The notes under the pieces are model-generated. The model did no database searches and had not been told where the DNA came from. It saw only the letters and a list, made by a program, of their open reading frames with translations. A program made the position numbers and the translations under genes. DNA of 64,000 bases from an uncultured Actinomyces sp. (lineage in GTDB: Bacteria; Actinomycetota; Actinomycetes; Actinomycetales; Actinomycetaceae), in the NCBI GenBank assembly GCA_964345595.1, contig CAYFRL010000001.1, positions 48,818 to 112,817 of the forward strand, given 5' to 3'. This document shows, piece by piece, positions 10,245 through 20,155 of this stretch. Position 1 is the first letter of the stretch. Each line of letters begins with the position of its first letter.

Positions 10245-10273
10245 AGTGTAGCATCTGCCTTTTCTAGGTGAAA
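10245..10273 (-). promoter_or_regulatory. Candidate sigma-70-type promoter of the infC leader
   Basis: Minus strand: TTTCAC (10273-10268), 17-nt spacer, TACACT (10250-10245). Sequence match only. Confidence 0.35.
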
Positions 10274-10317
10274 TGTCGCTGCCCTGTGCGGCCCGTGCAT
10301 TCCCTCACAAGCCCGGC

Positions 10318-11070
10318 CTAGGCCAGAGGCGCCAACTTAGGAACGAAACTGACCCGCTCTGTTGCCCCGGCAAGTCGCGGATTCTTAGCCAGCGACCCGA
10401 TGAGTGCGGCAAACTGGCTCCGCACCAAAGATTCATCGGCTCTCTTCGGGCTGGCCACGACCTCCACCACGATCGCTCCGTCCGCCCCTGGAAGGATCTG
10501 GACACCAACGAAGCTCGCCCATTCGGCTTCGTCGCGCGCTTGATCGTTGAGCTCCCCGCGCAGCAGATCATCTTCCCACGCTGGCAACCAGTCACCCCCG
10601 GCAGCCAACGACTCAACGGCGGCCCGAGGTATTACCAGATCTAGCTGTCCCGGGTCCAAACAGAGCCGGGGCACCCCCAAAGCAACGGCTGTAATGCAGG
10701 CTTTTTGGGCGCTCATAGCGAGCGGCCGGGCGCCGGGATCCCAGCGTTGTAGTGAGGCCGCGCTGCTGAAAACCGCGACTGAAGTGATGCCTTCGTTCTC
10801 GAGGACTCTAAGCGGAATGCGCGCATCGGGATGCAGGTCTTGTGGCTCGTGCCGTCCGGCCTCATCGGGGTGTGCCTCAACAGGTACGGGCACTATCAAG
10901 CGCTCCTTCTGAATAGCTCGAACCAGCTTTGTGAGCCGAGCACCCGCCTCGTCTACCTCAAGTGCGGCCGCGGTAGAAGGAAGAAGCTGCCCATGATCGC
11001 TACGGTCCGGACGACTGGCTAGCCTCTTCGCTAGCCGGGCAAACTTGACCGCGCTGAGGTTTCCCGACAC
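10318..11070 (-). CDS. SseB-family-like protein of unknown function
   Basis: 250-aa ORF starting 2 nt after the hisA stop; resembles actinobacterial SseB-family proteins from memory (LIVPVPVEA..., SVAVFSSAASLQRW). Not verified by search. Confidence 0.45.
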   Translation of the reverse strand: MSGNLSAVKFARLAKRLASRPDRSDHGQLLPSTAAALEVDEAGARLTKLVRAIQKERLIVPVPVEAHPDEAGRHEPQDLHPDARIPLRVLENEGITSVAVFSSAASLQRWDPGARPLAMSAQKACITAVALGVPRLCLDPGQLDLVIPRAAVESLAAGGDWLPAWEDDLLRGELNDQARDEAEWASFVGVQILPGADGAIVVEVVASPKRADESLVRSQFAALIGSLAKNPRLAGATERVSFVPKLAPLA

Positions 11071-11072
11071 CG

Positions 11073-11795
11073 CTACTGGACTCCAGCTACAGCAATGGCC
11101 TCACTCAAGGTGAAAGCACCCGCGTACAAGGCTTTTCCAACGATCGCGCCTTCAACGCCAAGTGGTACTAACTCCCGCAAGGCGGCCAAATCCTCCAGGC
11201 TGGACACACCGCCGGAGGCGATAATCGGGGCCTCGGTCGCCTCGCAGACTGCTGTCAGAAGTTCGACGTTAGGGCCGTTTAGCATGCCGTCGCGGTGAAC
11301 ATCAGTCACTACGTACCTGGAGCAACCCGCAGCGTCGAGTCTGCTGAGAACCTCCCAAAGATTTCCCCCCTCGCGGGTCCAGCCGCGGGCGGCCAGCGTT
11401 TCACCTCGGACGTCGAGTCCCACCGCAATCCTGTCTCCGAATTCCGCGATGGCCTGCTCCGTCCAGTCCGGGTTTTCAAGTGCAGCCGTCCCCAGATTGA
11501 CTCGGCTCGCGCCGCTTTCGAGCGCACCCTCCAAAGAGCGCTGGTCGCGAATACCGCCGGACAGCTCAACATTGATCGGCACTTCGGCAATAATTCGGCG
11601 CAGCAATTCTAGGTTTGATCCGCGTCCGAATGCAGCGTCCAGGTCCACAAGGTGGATCCATTTGGCCCCGTCGTCAACGAACTCTTGAGCAATCTCAATC
11701 GGCTCCCCGTAGGCGGTCTCGGTTCCTGCTTCGCCCTGGCGCAACCTCACTGCCTGTCCGTCCACCACGTCGATCGCGGGCAACAACGTCAACAT
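11073..11795 (-). CDS. hisA: HisA/PriA-type ProFAR isomerase
   Basis: 240 aa [22 protein letters not shown]..., a (beta/alpha)8 HisA fold with the GG...SGG phosphate-binding motif. Whether it is a dual HisA/TrpF (PriA) cannot be judged from this window. Confidence 0.9.
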   Translation of the reverse strand: MLTLLPAIDVVDGQAVRLRQGEAGTETAYGEPIEIAQEFVDDGAKWIHLVDLDAAFGRGSNLELLRRIIAEVPINVELSGGIRDQRSLEGALESGASRVNLGTAALENPDWTEQAIAEFGDRIAVGLDVRGETLAARGWTREGGNLWEVLSRLDAAGCSRYVVTDVHRDGMLNGPNVELLTAVCEATEAPIIASGGVSSLEDLAALRELVPLGVEGAIVGKALYAGAFTLSEAIAVAGVQ

Positions 11796-11813
11796 ACTTG
11801 TCCTTTCAATGTT

Positions 11814-12455
11814 CTAAACAGAGAATGTGGAAACCCAATTACGAAGAAGCCTAAGGCCGGGTTCACCTGATTTCTCAGGGTGGAACTGGGTTCCCCACAG
11901 TGCTGGCGCCTCCACTGCAGCAACGAAGGGCGCTCCGTAATTGGATAACGTCACGATAGGTTCCACGCCGCTGCCAAGTAGCTCAACCTGGTCCTGGGTG
12001 ACGAGGCGCGCGTAGGAGTGCACAAAGTAGAAATACTCAGAGGACAGGCCTTGGAACATCTGCGATCCGGTCGGCGGATCCAGGCGCTGCCAGCCGATAT
12101 GCGGCAAAGTCCGCGCGCGCAACTGGTCCACGCCGCCCGAGAGCGCTCCAAGACCGGCGTGCCTGCCATCCTCCAGCGAAAACTCAAAGAGCAGCTGCAT
12201 GCCAACGCAGATACCCAAGATTGGTTGCCCTGCGGCCCTGGCAGATTTGAACCACCGCTCTCCCCCGCGGTCGCTGAATCGGTCCTTCACGTATTGAAAT
12301 GCTCCGACTCCAGGTACTAACGCACCGTCGGCCCGTAGCAGCTCATCCGCGTCCGAGGTGAGGACGGCTTCCACCCCCAAGCGGTCCAAAGCCTGACTGG
12401 CAGAGTAGACGTTGCCCGCACCATAATCGAATATCGCGACACGCCTTCGCCTCAT
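11814..12455 (-). CDS. hisH: Imidazole glycerol phosphate synthase, glutamine amidotransferase subunit
   Basis: 213 aa; class I GATase catalytic GICVGMQLL and the HSY...FHPEKS triad region. Confidence 0.9.
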   Translation of the reverse strand: MRRRRVAIFDYGAGNVYSASQALDRLGVEAVLTSDADELLRADGALVPGVGAFQYVKDRFSDRGGERWFKSARAAGQPILGICVGMQLLFEFSLEDGRHAGLGALSGGVDQLRARTLPHIGWQRLDPPTGSQMFQGLSSEYFYFVHSYARLVTQDQVELLGSGVEPIVTLSNYGAPFVAAVEAPALWGTQFHPEKSGEPGLRLLRNWVSTFSV

Positions 12456-13054
12456 TCGCGGGGTTCTCCACGTCGGCGGCCGAACCAGCCCCGCTTCTTA
12501 GATTCGGGAGGAAAATCTTCGGGTCTTTTTCTGCCAAGCAGAAGATCTTCGCTCTTTTGGTCCAAATCGTTGAGCAGTAGCCCAGCGTCTAAATCGTCTT
12601 CGGGTTCACCACCAACGTAACGCTTCCCGGTTATCATCCCGGACACGCCTGGTTCAAGTCCCATGTCCTCGAACAGCCAGGAGACCAAAACCACTGCCCC
12701 GTGCCTACTAATCCTGGAGATTACCCGGGCCACCTTGTCCACTGGTTCCGGAACCGGGCGTGAACCTGTCAGGAACGCAGCCGTCTCCTCTTCTTCCGAA
12801 GACTCGCCAGCCACTTCCATCCAGGCGGCAGCCCAAGGATTCAACTTCACCACCTGGGCTTCGATCCTGGTAAGACGCAGCAGCGCCTCAAGCAGCTCAG
12901 GGTTGTCCATCGGAGCTAGAATCAGAGCCACGCAGAGCTTCTGACCTTCAAGGTGCTGCGGGGTTTCCATTTGCAGTGGGGCTTCTTCGGCCAGTTCTGC
13001 TGTCAGGCGGCGAAACTCCGCTTCCCAGTCTTCTGACATCTCGTTGTCCGCCAT
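12452..13054 (-). CDS. Hypothetical acidic protein embedded in the his operon
   Basis: 200-aa ORF. ATGA overlap with the hisH start; begins 8 nt after the hisB stop. No TM segment or known motif recognised; basic tail KKRGWFGRRRGEPRE. Confidence 0.55.
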   Translation of the reverse strand: MADNEMSEDWEAEFRRLTAELAEEAPLQMETPQHLEGQKLCVALILAPMDNPELLEALLRLTRIEAQVVKLNPWAAAWMEVAGESSEEEETAAFLTGSRPVPEPVDKVARVISRISRHGAVVLVSWLFEDMGLEPGVSGMITGKRYVGGEPEDDLDAGLLLNDLDQKSEDLLLGRKRPEDFPPESKKRGWFGRRRGEPRE

Positions 13055-13062
13055 TCGGCCTC

Positions 13063-13668
13063 CTACAAGCTGCCCTTGGTTGAGGGCACTCCCTGCACAC
13101 GCGGGTCAGGGGCAACGGCAGCGCGAAGAGCCAGCGCGAGGGCCTTGAATTGGGCTTCCACTATGTGGTGAGGGTCTCTACCATCCAGCAAATCCATGTG
13201 CAGGCAAATCCCTGCGTTGAATGCGAAAGACTCAAAAACGTGCTGGGTCATGGAGCCTGTGAAGTGACCGCCAATCAGATGGTACTCCTGCCCCTGAGGC
13301 TCCCCTTTGCAAACTACGTACGGACGGCCCGCCAGGTCAACAACGGCTCTGGCAAGCGCCTCGTCCAAAGGCGCGAACCCGGTACCGTATCTGGCTATGC
13401 CTTTCTTATCGCCCAGCGCATCTTTGAACGCCCACCCGAGCACGATCGCGGTGTCTTCCACCGTGTGATGCACGTCAATATGCGTGTCCCCCACAGCTTT
13501 TACTTCCAAGTCGATGAGAGAGTGGCGACTAAGGGCCGTCAGCATATGGTCGTAGAAGGGCACACCCGTATCGATGTTGTGCTCGCCGGTACCATCCAGA
13601 TTGAGGGTGACGGTCACCTGGGATTCTGATGTATTTCTTGTTGCTGTCGCTGTGCGTTGCTGGCTCAC
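13063..13668 (-). CDS. hisB: Imidazoleglycerol-phosphate dehydratase
   Basis: 201 aa with IGPD motifs [11 protein letters not shown] and [12 protein letters not shown]; monofunctional (no HisN phosphatase domain). Confidence 0.92.
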   Translation of the reverse strand: MSQQRTATATRNTSESQVTVTLNLDGTGEHNIDTGVPFYDHMLTALSRHSLIDLEVKAVGDTHIDVHHTVEDTAIVLGWAFKDALGDKKGIARYGTGFAPLDEALARAVVDLAGRPYVVCKGEPQGQEYHLIGGHFTGSMTQHVFESFAFNAGICLHMDLLDGRDPHHIVEAQFKALALALRAAVAPDPRVQGVPSTKGSL

Positions 13669-16133
13669 TTGGTCGCCTCCTGAAGCGCCTCTTGGAATTG
13701 ACGGTTTTCTTCCGGCGTTCCAACCGTAACCCTTAGGTATCCATCTGGGCCAACGACTCGGATTAGAACGCCACGTTTCACCATGTCAGCCCACACGGTT
13801 TCGCGGTCCCTCACCGGGCCGAAAAGTAGGAAGTTTGCGTAGGACCGGGACACCTGGTAACCATTTTGGGTTAGCCAGTCACGCAGTCGATCGCGTTCTT
13901 CCCTGATCTGGTCGACTTGAGCCAACTGCTGGTCCGTGTGCTTCAACACGGCGCGTGCGGCCGCTTGCGTGAGCAGCGACAGATGGTAAGGCAGACGGAC
14001 TTTGTTGATTTCGTACACGACCTGTGGGCTGGCGATCAGGTAGCCAAGCCTGAGCCCAGCCGCCGCAAACGCTTTTGACATGGTTCGCGTAACAATTAGG
14101 TTCTTGTGATCGCCTAGTAGCTCAAGCGCTGACGGCTCGCCCACGGGACGGAACTCTGCATACGCTTCATCGACCACAACCAGGGTAGAAGTTGGTTGAC
14201 CATCAATGATAGGTCCCGTTTCCGAGGCGATCTCCAGCAATTCAACCAAAGTAGTCTGATCCAACATTTGGCCGGTCGGATTGTTCGGGTTTGGCAACAT
14301 TAGTACCGAGGGGCGGTACCGTCGGAGCGCGTCTTTCACGGCGCCGATATCCGGCTGTGGAATACCGCTGCCAACAGCCGGGGGAAGCAACTGCCAGCCA
14401 GTGCTGGTGTCACGCGCGTATTCCTCATACATGGAATACGTTGGGGCCGCTGCCAGTACCGTCCGTCCCGGTCCCCCAAAAGCCTCAAGCAGCTGGAGCA
14501 TCACTTCGTTCGAACCGTTAGCCGCCCAGACCTGGTCGGCTGTCACGTTCGCAGCGGACTCGATTCGCAAGTATTCCGCCAAGTCCTCTCGCAGCTTGGT
14601 TGCATCACGGTCGGCGTAACGGTTCAGCTGCCCCATCGCCTGCCTGACCGCGGCGGTCACCGAGTCCACCACTTCTGCGGAAGGAGCATACGGATTCTCG
14701 TTGACGTTTAGGCGAACTGGCACTTCTAGCTGCGGAGCGCCGTACGGTTCAACGCCCGACAGATCAGGGCGAAGGGGAAGCCGGACTTCCTTAGCGCGCG
14801 GCGCCCGTGCAGCGTCATCGCCAGTGCGTCTTATCTTCACCGCGGCAGCATGGGCCGACAGCCCTTCTGCTTCTGCTAAGACGGATAGCGGCTCAGCCAA
14901 GCCCGACAGTGCGGCTGCATCGTATTCAACTACCTGCACTGACCTCAAATATTGAGTCGCGTTCAATCCGGATGCATACCGCGCCGTCCCTCCCGTTGGG
15001 AGAACGTGATTGGAGCCTGCCAAATAATCCCCTAGCGGGACCGGTGAGTGTTCGCCAACGAATATCGCACCGGCATTCCGAATCCGCATGGCTCTGTCCC
15101 GTTCGTCTCGCGTGATCACCTCCAGGTGTTCAGGGGCGTAGGCTTCGATCACGGCTTCACCGATGTTTAGGGAATCAACCAACACAATCGCTGACTGCGG
15201 CCCACCTAAAGCCTCCCGGATACGCTCCGAGTGCTGGGCCATCTCCACCTGTGAGAGCAAGGAATCCTGCACCTGTTGGACCAGGTCAGCTGAATCCGTA
15301 ACCAAGACAGACGCTGCTGCCGGATCATGCTCGGCTTGACTGATCAGATCGGCGGCAACGTAGGAGGGGTTCGCGCGCCCGTCAGCCAGTATTGCGATCT
15401 CGGTCGTCCCGGCCTCGGCATCTATGCCACAGACCTCTTGGACTACCCGTTTCGCGGCGGCCACATAAATGTTGCCGGGTCCTGCAACTTTATCGACCGG
15501 GGCGCAGGCGTAGGACTCTTCCAGATCATCGGTAAATCCGTACGCTAACGCGCCAATTGCCTGCGCTCCCCCGGCCGCGATCACCTCGTCCACACCAAGT
15601 AGCGCGCAGGCTGCAAGAATCGTCGGATCGGGATACCCGCCCGCAGCCTTTTGCGGCGGTGAAGCAACCACAATTTCGTCCACACCTGCGACTTGAGCAG
15701 TTACCACGTTCATCACAACCGATGAGGGGTAAACGGCCAGCCCGCCAGGAACGTACAATCCCACGCGGCGCAGCGGAACCCAGCGCTGGGTAACAGATCC
15801 TCCCGGCACAACTTCGGTTACGGCGGGCATGGGCATCTGGGCCGAGTGTGCAAGCCGCGCATGCTCGATTGCAATCTCAAGAGCTTCCCTAAGCTTCGGA
15901 TCAAGGCTTCCCAGAGACTGCTCCAGGCGCTCTTTGGGAACGCGCAACGTCGATGGGCGGACACCATCGAACTCGCTTGCTAGTTCGTATAGAGCCGGTG
16001 CGCCCTCATGCTTGACGCGATCCAAAATCGGTCTGACAAGATCGACGGCGCGCGTCGTATCCACGGCTGGGCGGGGCAGCGGGGTCGCCGCGGCTTCTTT
16101 TTCACTGAGGCCGCGCAGATCGATAAGTTTCAC
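13665..16133 (-). CDS. hisD-hisC: Fused histidinol dehydrogenase / histidinol-phosphate aminotransferase
   Basis: Single 822-codon frame. The N-terminal ~436 aa are HisD ([20 protein letters not shown]). A linker [15 protein letters not shown] follows. The C-terminal ~370 aa are HisC ([30 protein letters not shown]-Lys in TRTMSKAF). No in-frame stop and no internal start at the junction. Confidence 0.85.
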   Translation of the reverse strand: MKLIDLRGLSEKEAAATPLPRPAVDTTRAVDLVRPILDRVKHEGAPALYELASEFDGVRPSTLRVPKERLEQSLGSLDPKLREALEIAIEHARLAHSAQMPMPAVTEVVPGGSVTQRWVPLRRVGLYVPGGLAVYPSSVVMNVVTAQVAGVDEIVVASPPQKAAGGYPDPTILAACALLGVDEVIAAGGAQAIGALAYGFTDDLEESYACAPVDKVAGPGNIYVAAAKRVVQEVCGIDAEAGTTEIAILADGRANPSYVAADLISQAEHDPAAASVLVTDSADLVQQVQDSLLSQVEMAQHSERIREALGGPQSAIVLVDSLNIGEAVIEAYAPEHLEVITRDERDRAMRIRNAGAIFVGEHSPVPLGDYLAGSNHVLPTGGTARYASGLNATQYLRSVQVVEYDAAALSGLAEPLSVLAEAEGLSAHAAAVKIRRTGDDAARAPRAKEVRLPLRPDLSGVEPYGAPQLEVPVRLNVNENPYAPSAEVVDSVTAAVRQAMGQLNRYADRDATKLREDLAEYLRIESAANVTADQVWAANGSNEVMLQLLEAFGGPGRTVLAAAPTYSMYEEYARDTSTGWQLLPPAVGSGIPQPDIGAVKDALRRYRPSVLMLPNPNNPTGQMLDQTTLVELLEIASETGPIIDGQPTSTLVVVDEAYAEFRPVGEPSALELLGDHKNLIVTRTMSKAFAAAGLRLGYLIASPQVVYEINKVRLPYHLSLLTQAAARAVLKHTDQQLAQVDQIREERDRLRDWLTQNGYQVSRSYANFLLFGPVRDRETVWADMVKRGVLIRVVGPDGYLRVTVGTPEENRQFQEALQEATK

Positions 16134-16314
16134 ATTCCAATGCTAGTCGGGTCAGTCCACATTCTTGGCGGCGGACCGGGAACCGGACCCGGGTGGCAAA
16201 GAATCTCCTTCACGGTCACCCACGGACTGATCACGTGGAGCGGCTAAACTGCGTGAAGGAGCGCAAACTGTTGCAGCACACTCGCAGTTGAACGACGCCA
16301 GAAGGAGAGCAGTC

Positions 16315-16551
16315 ATGATCTATCCAACGGTCCCGGTCCGCGGCACGATTCGCCTGGGGCAGTTCCTGAAACTTTCTGGCCTGGTAGAGGACGGAGCACA
16401 CGCCCGGATACTCATTCAAGAGGGCGACGTCGAAGTCAACGGTCAAGTGGAAGTGCGCCGCGGCAAACAGCTCACGCCCGGGGACGAAGTAACCGTCCAC
16501 AGTCCTGCCGGAGTTACCGGCGCGACCGTTGGCTCAGAACCGGTTAGCTGA
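16315..16551 (+). CDS. S4-domain RNA-binding protein (YbcJ-like)
   Basis: 78 aa from the ATG at 16315, preceded by AAGGAG. IRLGQFLKLSGLVEDGAHARILIQEGDVEVNGQVEVRRGKQL matches the S4 fold pattern. 8-nt convergent overlap with dnaE. Confidence 0.65.
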   Translation: MIYPTVPVRGTIRLGQFLKLSGLVEDGAHARILIQEGDVEVNGQVEVRRGKQLTPGDEVTVHSPAGVTGATVGSEPVS

Positions 16552-19500
16552 GCACGCCGGCCGGCCCCAGAAGGGCTTTCAGCTCAGAGATCAGCGCGGA
16601 GTTGCCGCTAACTCGCAGCCGATCATCCAGCTGCACCAGCGTTGTCTCTTGCCCGTCCTGCAAATGAACGTGTACGCGCTGACCGCCGGGATAGTTTTGC
16701 AGCACGCTTCGGATCTGATGCAGCCGGTCAGGGACGCACTGAGCAGAGCTCAGAAGAATCTCCACTGGATTATTGTTGTCCTCCTTCAGATCCAACACTT
16801 TCAGTCCTTGACCAGCCACCGACAGGGCACCGTCCCTGGTTGAAGCTCTTCCCTGCACCTGCACCAGGGCGTCTTCTGCCAAGAGTTCTTGTACCTTCTC
16901 GTACTGGCGCGGAAAGAAAAGCACTTCGATAGAGCCTGTGAGGTCTTCCAAAGTAACGATTGCCCACGGAGCGCCGTTCTTCGTGATCCGTGTTTGCAAA
17001 CCGGAAATGAGGCCCGCAATCTTCACTTGCTTACCATCAAATTCTTCGGGGTCCTCTAGCATCGCAGCTATCAGCTGGTCTTGATGTCTGCTCAGTGAGT
17101 GTTCAATGCCGCGAAGAGGGTGGTCAGACACGTACAGGCCCAACATCTCTCTCTCAAACGTAAGCTTGTTCTTCTTGTCCCACTCCGGGAGATCGGGGAC
17201 AGTGATCGCGAGCGCGGAATTCCCCTCCGCTGAGTCTCCCAGGCCCGCAAAAAGGTCAAATTGTCCATGAGCTTCGTTCCGCTTCAAATCAATGACTGAG
17301 TCAACCGCCTCGTCAGCGCACACCAGAAGGGATCGTCGGGTATGGCCCAAACTGTCGAAAGCACCCGCTTTAATGAGCGACTGGATGGTCCTCTTGTTGC
17401 AGACGACCTGCGGCACCTTATCGAGGAAATCCTGGAACGATTCGTACTCCCCTTTTTCTTCCCGGGTGGCCACAATCGCCTCGACGACATTTAGACCCAC
17501 GTTCTGGACGGATGACAGTCCGAATCGGATGTCTGTCCCCGATGCCGCGAAGTTCCCGAGTGAGGCGTTCACGTCCGGCGGAAGCACCGTTATGTTCATG
17601 TGTCTGCATTCGGCAAGGTAAAGCGCCCGCCGGTCTTTATTCTCTTTTGTCGAGGTGAGAAGAGCAGCCATGTACTCGGTCGGGTAGTTGGCTTTCAGAT
17701 AGGCCGTCCAATAGGAAACCAGGCCGTATGCCGCTGAGTGAGATTTGTTGAAAGCGTAGTTAGAAAACGGAACTAGGATAGCCCACAGGTCATTAATCGC
17801 CTTCGATGAATAGCCCCTTTCAAGCATCCCGCGCTCAAACGGCTCGAACTCCTTATCCAGAATTTCTTTCTTTTTCTTGCCCATGGCCCTGCGCAGCATG
17901 TCGGCCTGCCCGAGGGTGTAGCCAGCAACCTTCTGAGCAATCTGCATGACTTGCTCTTGGTAGACGATTAGCCCGTGGGTGGTGCCAAGTATTTCTTCCA
18001 GGGGCTCTTCCAGTTCCGGATGGATGGGGGTAATCGGCTGCTTCTTATTCTTCCGCAGCGCGTAGTTCGTATGAGAGTCCGCACCCATCGGTCCAGGGCG
18101 ATAAAGAGCGCCAACCGCCGAAATGTCCTCAAAGTTGTCCGGCTGCATCAACCGGAGCAACTCACGCATGCCTCCCCCGTCTAGTTGGAAAATCCCCAAC
18201 GTGTCCCCGCGACTCAGAAGCTCGTAGGTTGCCCGGTCGTCCAGATCGTGCTCGTTGAGATCTGGGAGTTCCTTACCGTTGAAAGCAATATTGTCCAGCG
18301 CATCAGAAATGACAGTCAAATTACGCAAGCCCAAGAAGTCCATCTTCAAAAGGCCCAGGTTTTCACATGTCGGATAATCGAACTGGGTGATGATTGCGCC
18401 GTCTTGAGGCCGCTTCATAACCGGGATGATATCGGTGAGGGTGCGCGAAGACATGATCACCGCGCAAGCATGGACACTCCACTGCCTGGTGAGGCCCTCC
18501 AGTGACAGGGCCATGTCCACGACCTCGTGCAAGTCCGCATTTTCGTCAAACAGTTTGCGGAACTCTACCGCTTCGGCATAACGCGGATGCGTCTCGTCGA
18601 ATATCCCTGAAAGGGGAATATCTTTGCTCATCACGGTTGGGGGGAGCGCTTTCGTTAACCGTTCCCCGGTTTGGAAGTCGCGGCCCAATATCCGGGCAGA
18701 GTCCTTTAGCGCCTGCTTCGTCTTGATGGTGCCATAGGTAACTACCTGGGCGACCCGATCGTCCCCGTACTTTTGTCTGACGTAGTCAATGACCTCATCA
18801 CGCCGACGCTCGTCAAAGTCAACGTCAAAGTCCGGCATCGAAACGCGTTCCGGGTTGAGAAACCGCTCAAAGAGCAGCCCGTGATCCAGCGGGTTCAGGT
18901 CTGTTATGCCCATTGCATAGGCGACCATCGAACCCGCTCCGGAACCTCTGCCCGGGCCGACTCGGATTCCCCGATTCTTCGCCCAGTTTATGAAGTCTGC
19001 AACCACTAGGAAGTAGCCCGGGAATCCCATGGACAAGATGACGTCGGTTTCAAAGCTGGCGCGCTCACGGACATTGCTGCTCACGCCATTTGGGAACCTT
19101 TTCCGCAGCCCGAGTTCCACTTCCTTTATGAACCAGGAAGTCTCGCTTTCCCCTTCCGGTACCGGAAAGTTCGGCATGTAGTTGGCGCCCTCGTCCGCCG
19201 TGTAGAAGTGGATGTCCGAACGCTCAGCGATCTCAAGTGTCGCGTCAAGAGCTTGGGGCAATTCGGCCCATTCGCGGCGCATGTCCTCAGAAGATCTGAT
19301 GTAGTACCCCGATCCTTCGAAGACGAATCGGGTGCCGGTCGTGGTTCCGTCGCTGTGGCGGACTTTTGGTTCCTCTAGGAATGTTGAACCCGAGTTAATT
19401 GCGAGCATCGCTTCTTGCGTTCTGGCGTCTTCCTTCGTCACGTAGTGGGAATCGTTCGTGACGACCATCGGAGCATCCAAAAGGTTAGCGATCTTAATCA

Positions 19501-20119
19501 AGTCGGCCTTTGTGCGGCGTTCAATTTCGATGTCGTGGTCCATGAGTTCCACGTAGAAGTTGTCCGGGCCGAAAATGTCCCTCAGTTCGGACGCCTCACG
19601 TACGGCCTCGTCCCACTGTCCCAGTCTCAGGCGCGTCTGGACCGCCGAGGAAGGGCAGCCGCTAAGAACCGTGATCCCCTTGTGGTAGCGCTCAAGGAGT
19701 TCTCTATCTGCTCTAGGCCACTTCCCCATCTGACCATCAAGCGAGGCTTCGGACCCAAGCCGAAACAGGTTAATCATCCCTTCGGTGCTGTGAGCGATCA
19801 GAGTTAGATGGTTGTAGGCCCCGCCCGCAGAGACGTCGTCATCACGCTGCCATGGTTCACCCCAAAGCTGCTTATGCCTATCGAACCGAGACGTGCCTGG
19901 AGTGACGTAAGCCTCCAGTCCGATGATGGGTTTTACGCCCTGGCGTACACACTCCTGATAGAACTCGAAAGCTCCAAATAGGTACCCGTGGTCGGTGATC
20001 CCGATGGCCGGTTGGCCAAGTCGAACGGCTTCAGCTACTAGCGGTTTGATGCGAGAGGCACCGTCAAGCATCGAGTATTCAGTGTGATTGTGGAGATGAA
20101 CAAAACTGTCTGCAGCCAT
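16544..20119 (-). CDS. dnaE: DNA polymerase III alpha subunit
   Basis: 1191 aa; N-terminal PHP domain FVHLHNHTEYSMLDG, polymerase core and C-terminal OB region. Confidence 0.95.
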   Translation of the reverse strand: MAADSFVHLHNHTEYSMLDGASRIKPLVAEAVRLGQPAIGITDHGYLFGAFEFYQECVRQGVKPIIGLEAYVTPGTSRFDRHKQLWGEPWQRDDDVSAGGAYNHLTLIAHSTEGMINLFRLGSEASLDGQMGKWPRADRELLERYHKGITVLSGCPSSAVQTRLRLGQWDEAVREASELRDIFGPDNFYVELMDHDIEIERRTKADLIKIANLLDAPMVVTNDSHYVTKEDARTQEAMLAINSGSTFLEEPKVRHSDGTTTGTRFVFEGSGYYIRSSEDMRREWAELPQALDATLEIAERSDIHFYTADEGANYMPNFPVPEGESETSWFIKEVELGLRKRFPNGVSSNVRERASFETDVILSMGFPGYFLVVADFINWAKNRGIRVGPGRGSGAGSMVAYAMGITDLNPLDHGLLFERFLNPERVSMPDFDVDFDERRRDEVIDYVRQKYGDDRVAQVVTYGTIKTKQALKDSARILGRDFQTGERLTKALPPTVMSKDIPLSGIFDETHPRYAEAVEFRKLFDENADLHEVVDMALSLEGLTRQWSVHACAVIMSSRTLTDIIPVMKRPQDGAIITQFDYPTCENLGLLKMDFLGLRNLTVISDALDNIAFNGKELPDLNEHDLDDRATYELLSRGDTLGIFQLDGGGMRELLRLMQPDNFEDISAVGALYRPGPMGADSHTNYALRKNKKQPITPIHPELEEPLEEILGTTHGLIVYQEQVMQIAQKVAGYTLGQADMLRRAMGKKKKEILDKEFEPFERGMLERGYSSKAINDLWAILVPFSNYAFNKSHSAAYGLVSYWTAYLKANYPTEYMAALLTSTKENKDRRALYLAECRHMNITVLPPDVNASLGNFAASGTDIRFGLSSVQNVGLNVVEAIVATREEKGEYESFQDFLDKVPQVVCNKRTIQSLIKAGAFDSLGHTRRSLLVCADEAVDSVIDLKRNEAHGQFDLFAGLGDSAEGNSALAITVPDLPEWDKKNKLTFEREMLGLYVSDHPLRGIEHSLSRHQDQLIAAMLEDPEEFDGKQVKIAGLISGLQTRITKNGAPWAIVTLEDLTGSIEVLFFPRQYEKVQELLAEDALVQVQGRASTRDGALSVAGQGLKVLDLKEDNNNPVEILLSSAQCVPDRLHQIRSVLQNYPGGQRVHVHLQDGQETTLVQLDDRLRVSGNSALISELKALLGPAGVLS

Positions 20120-20155
20120 AGTCAGAGCATAGCCGAGAGGCTCAGCCGGGCCGCC

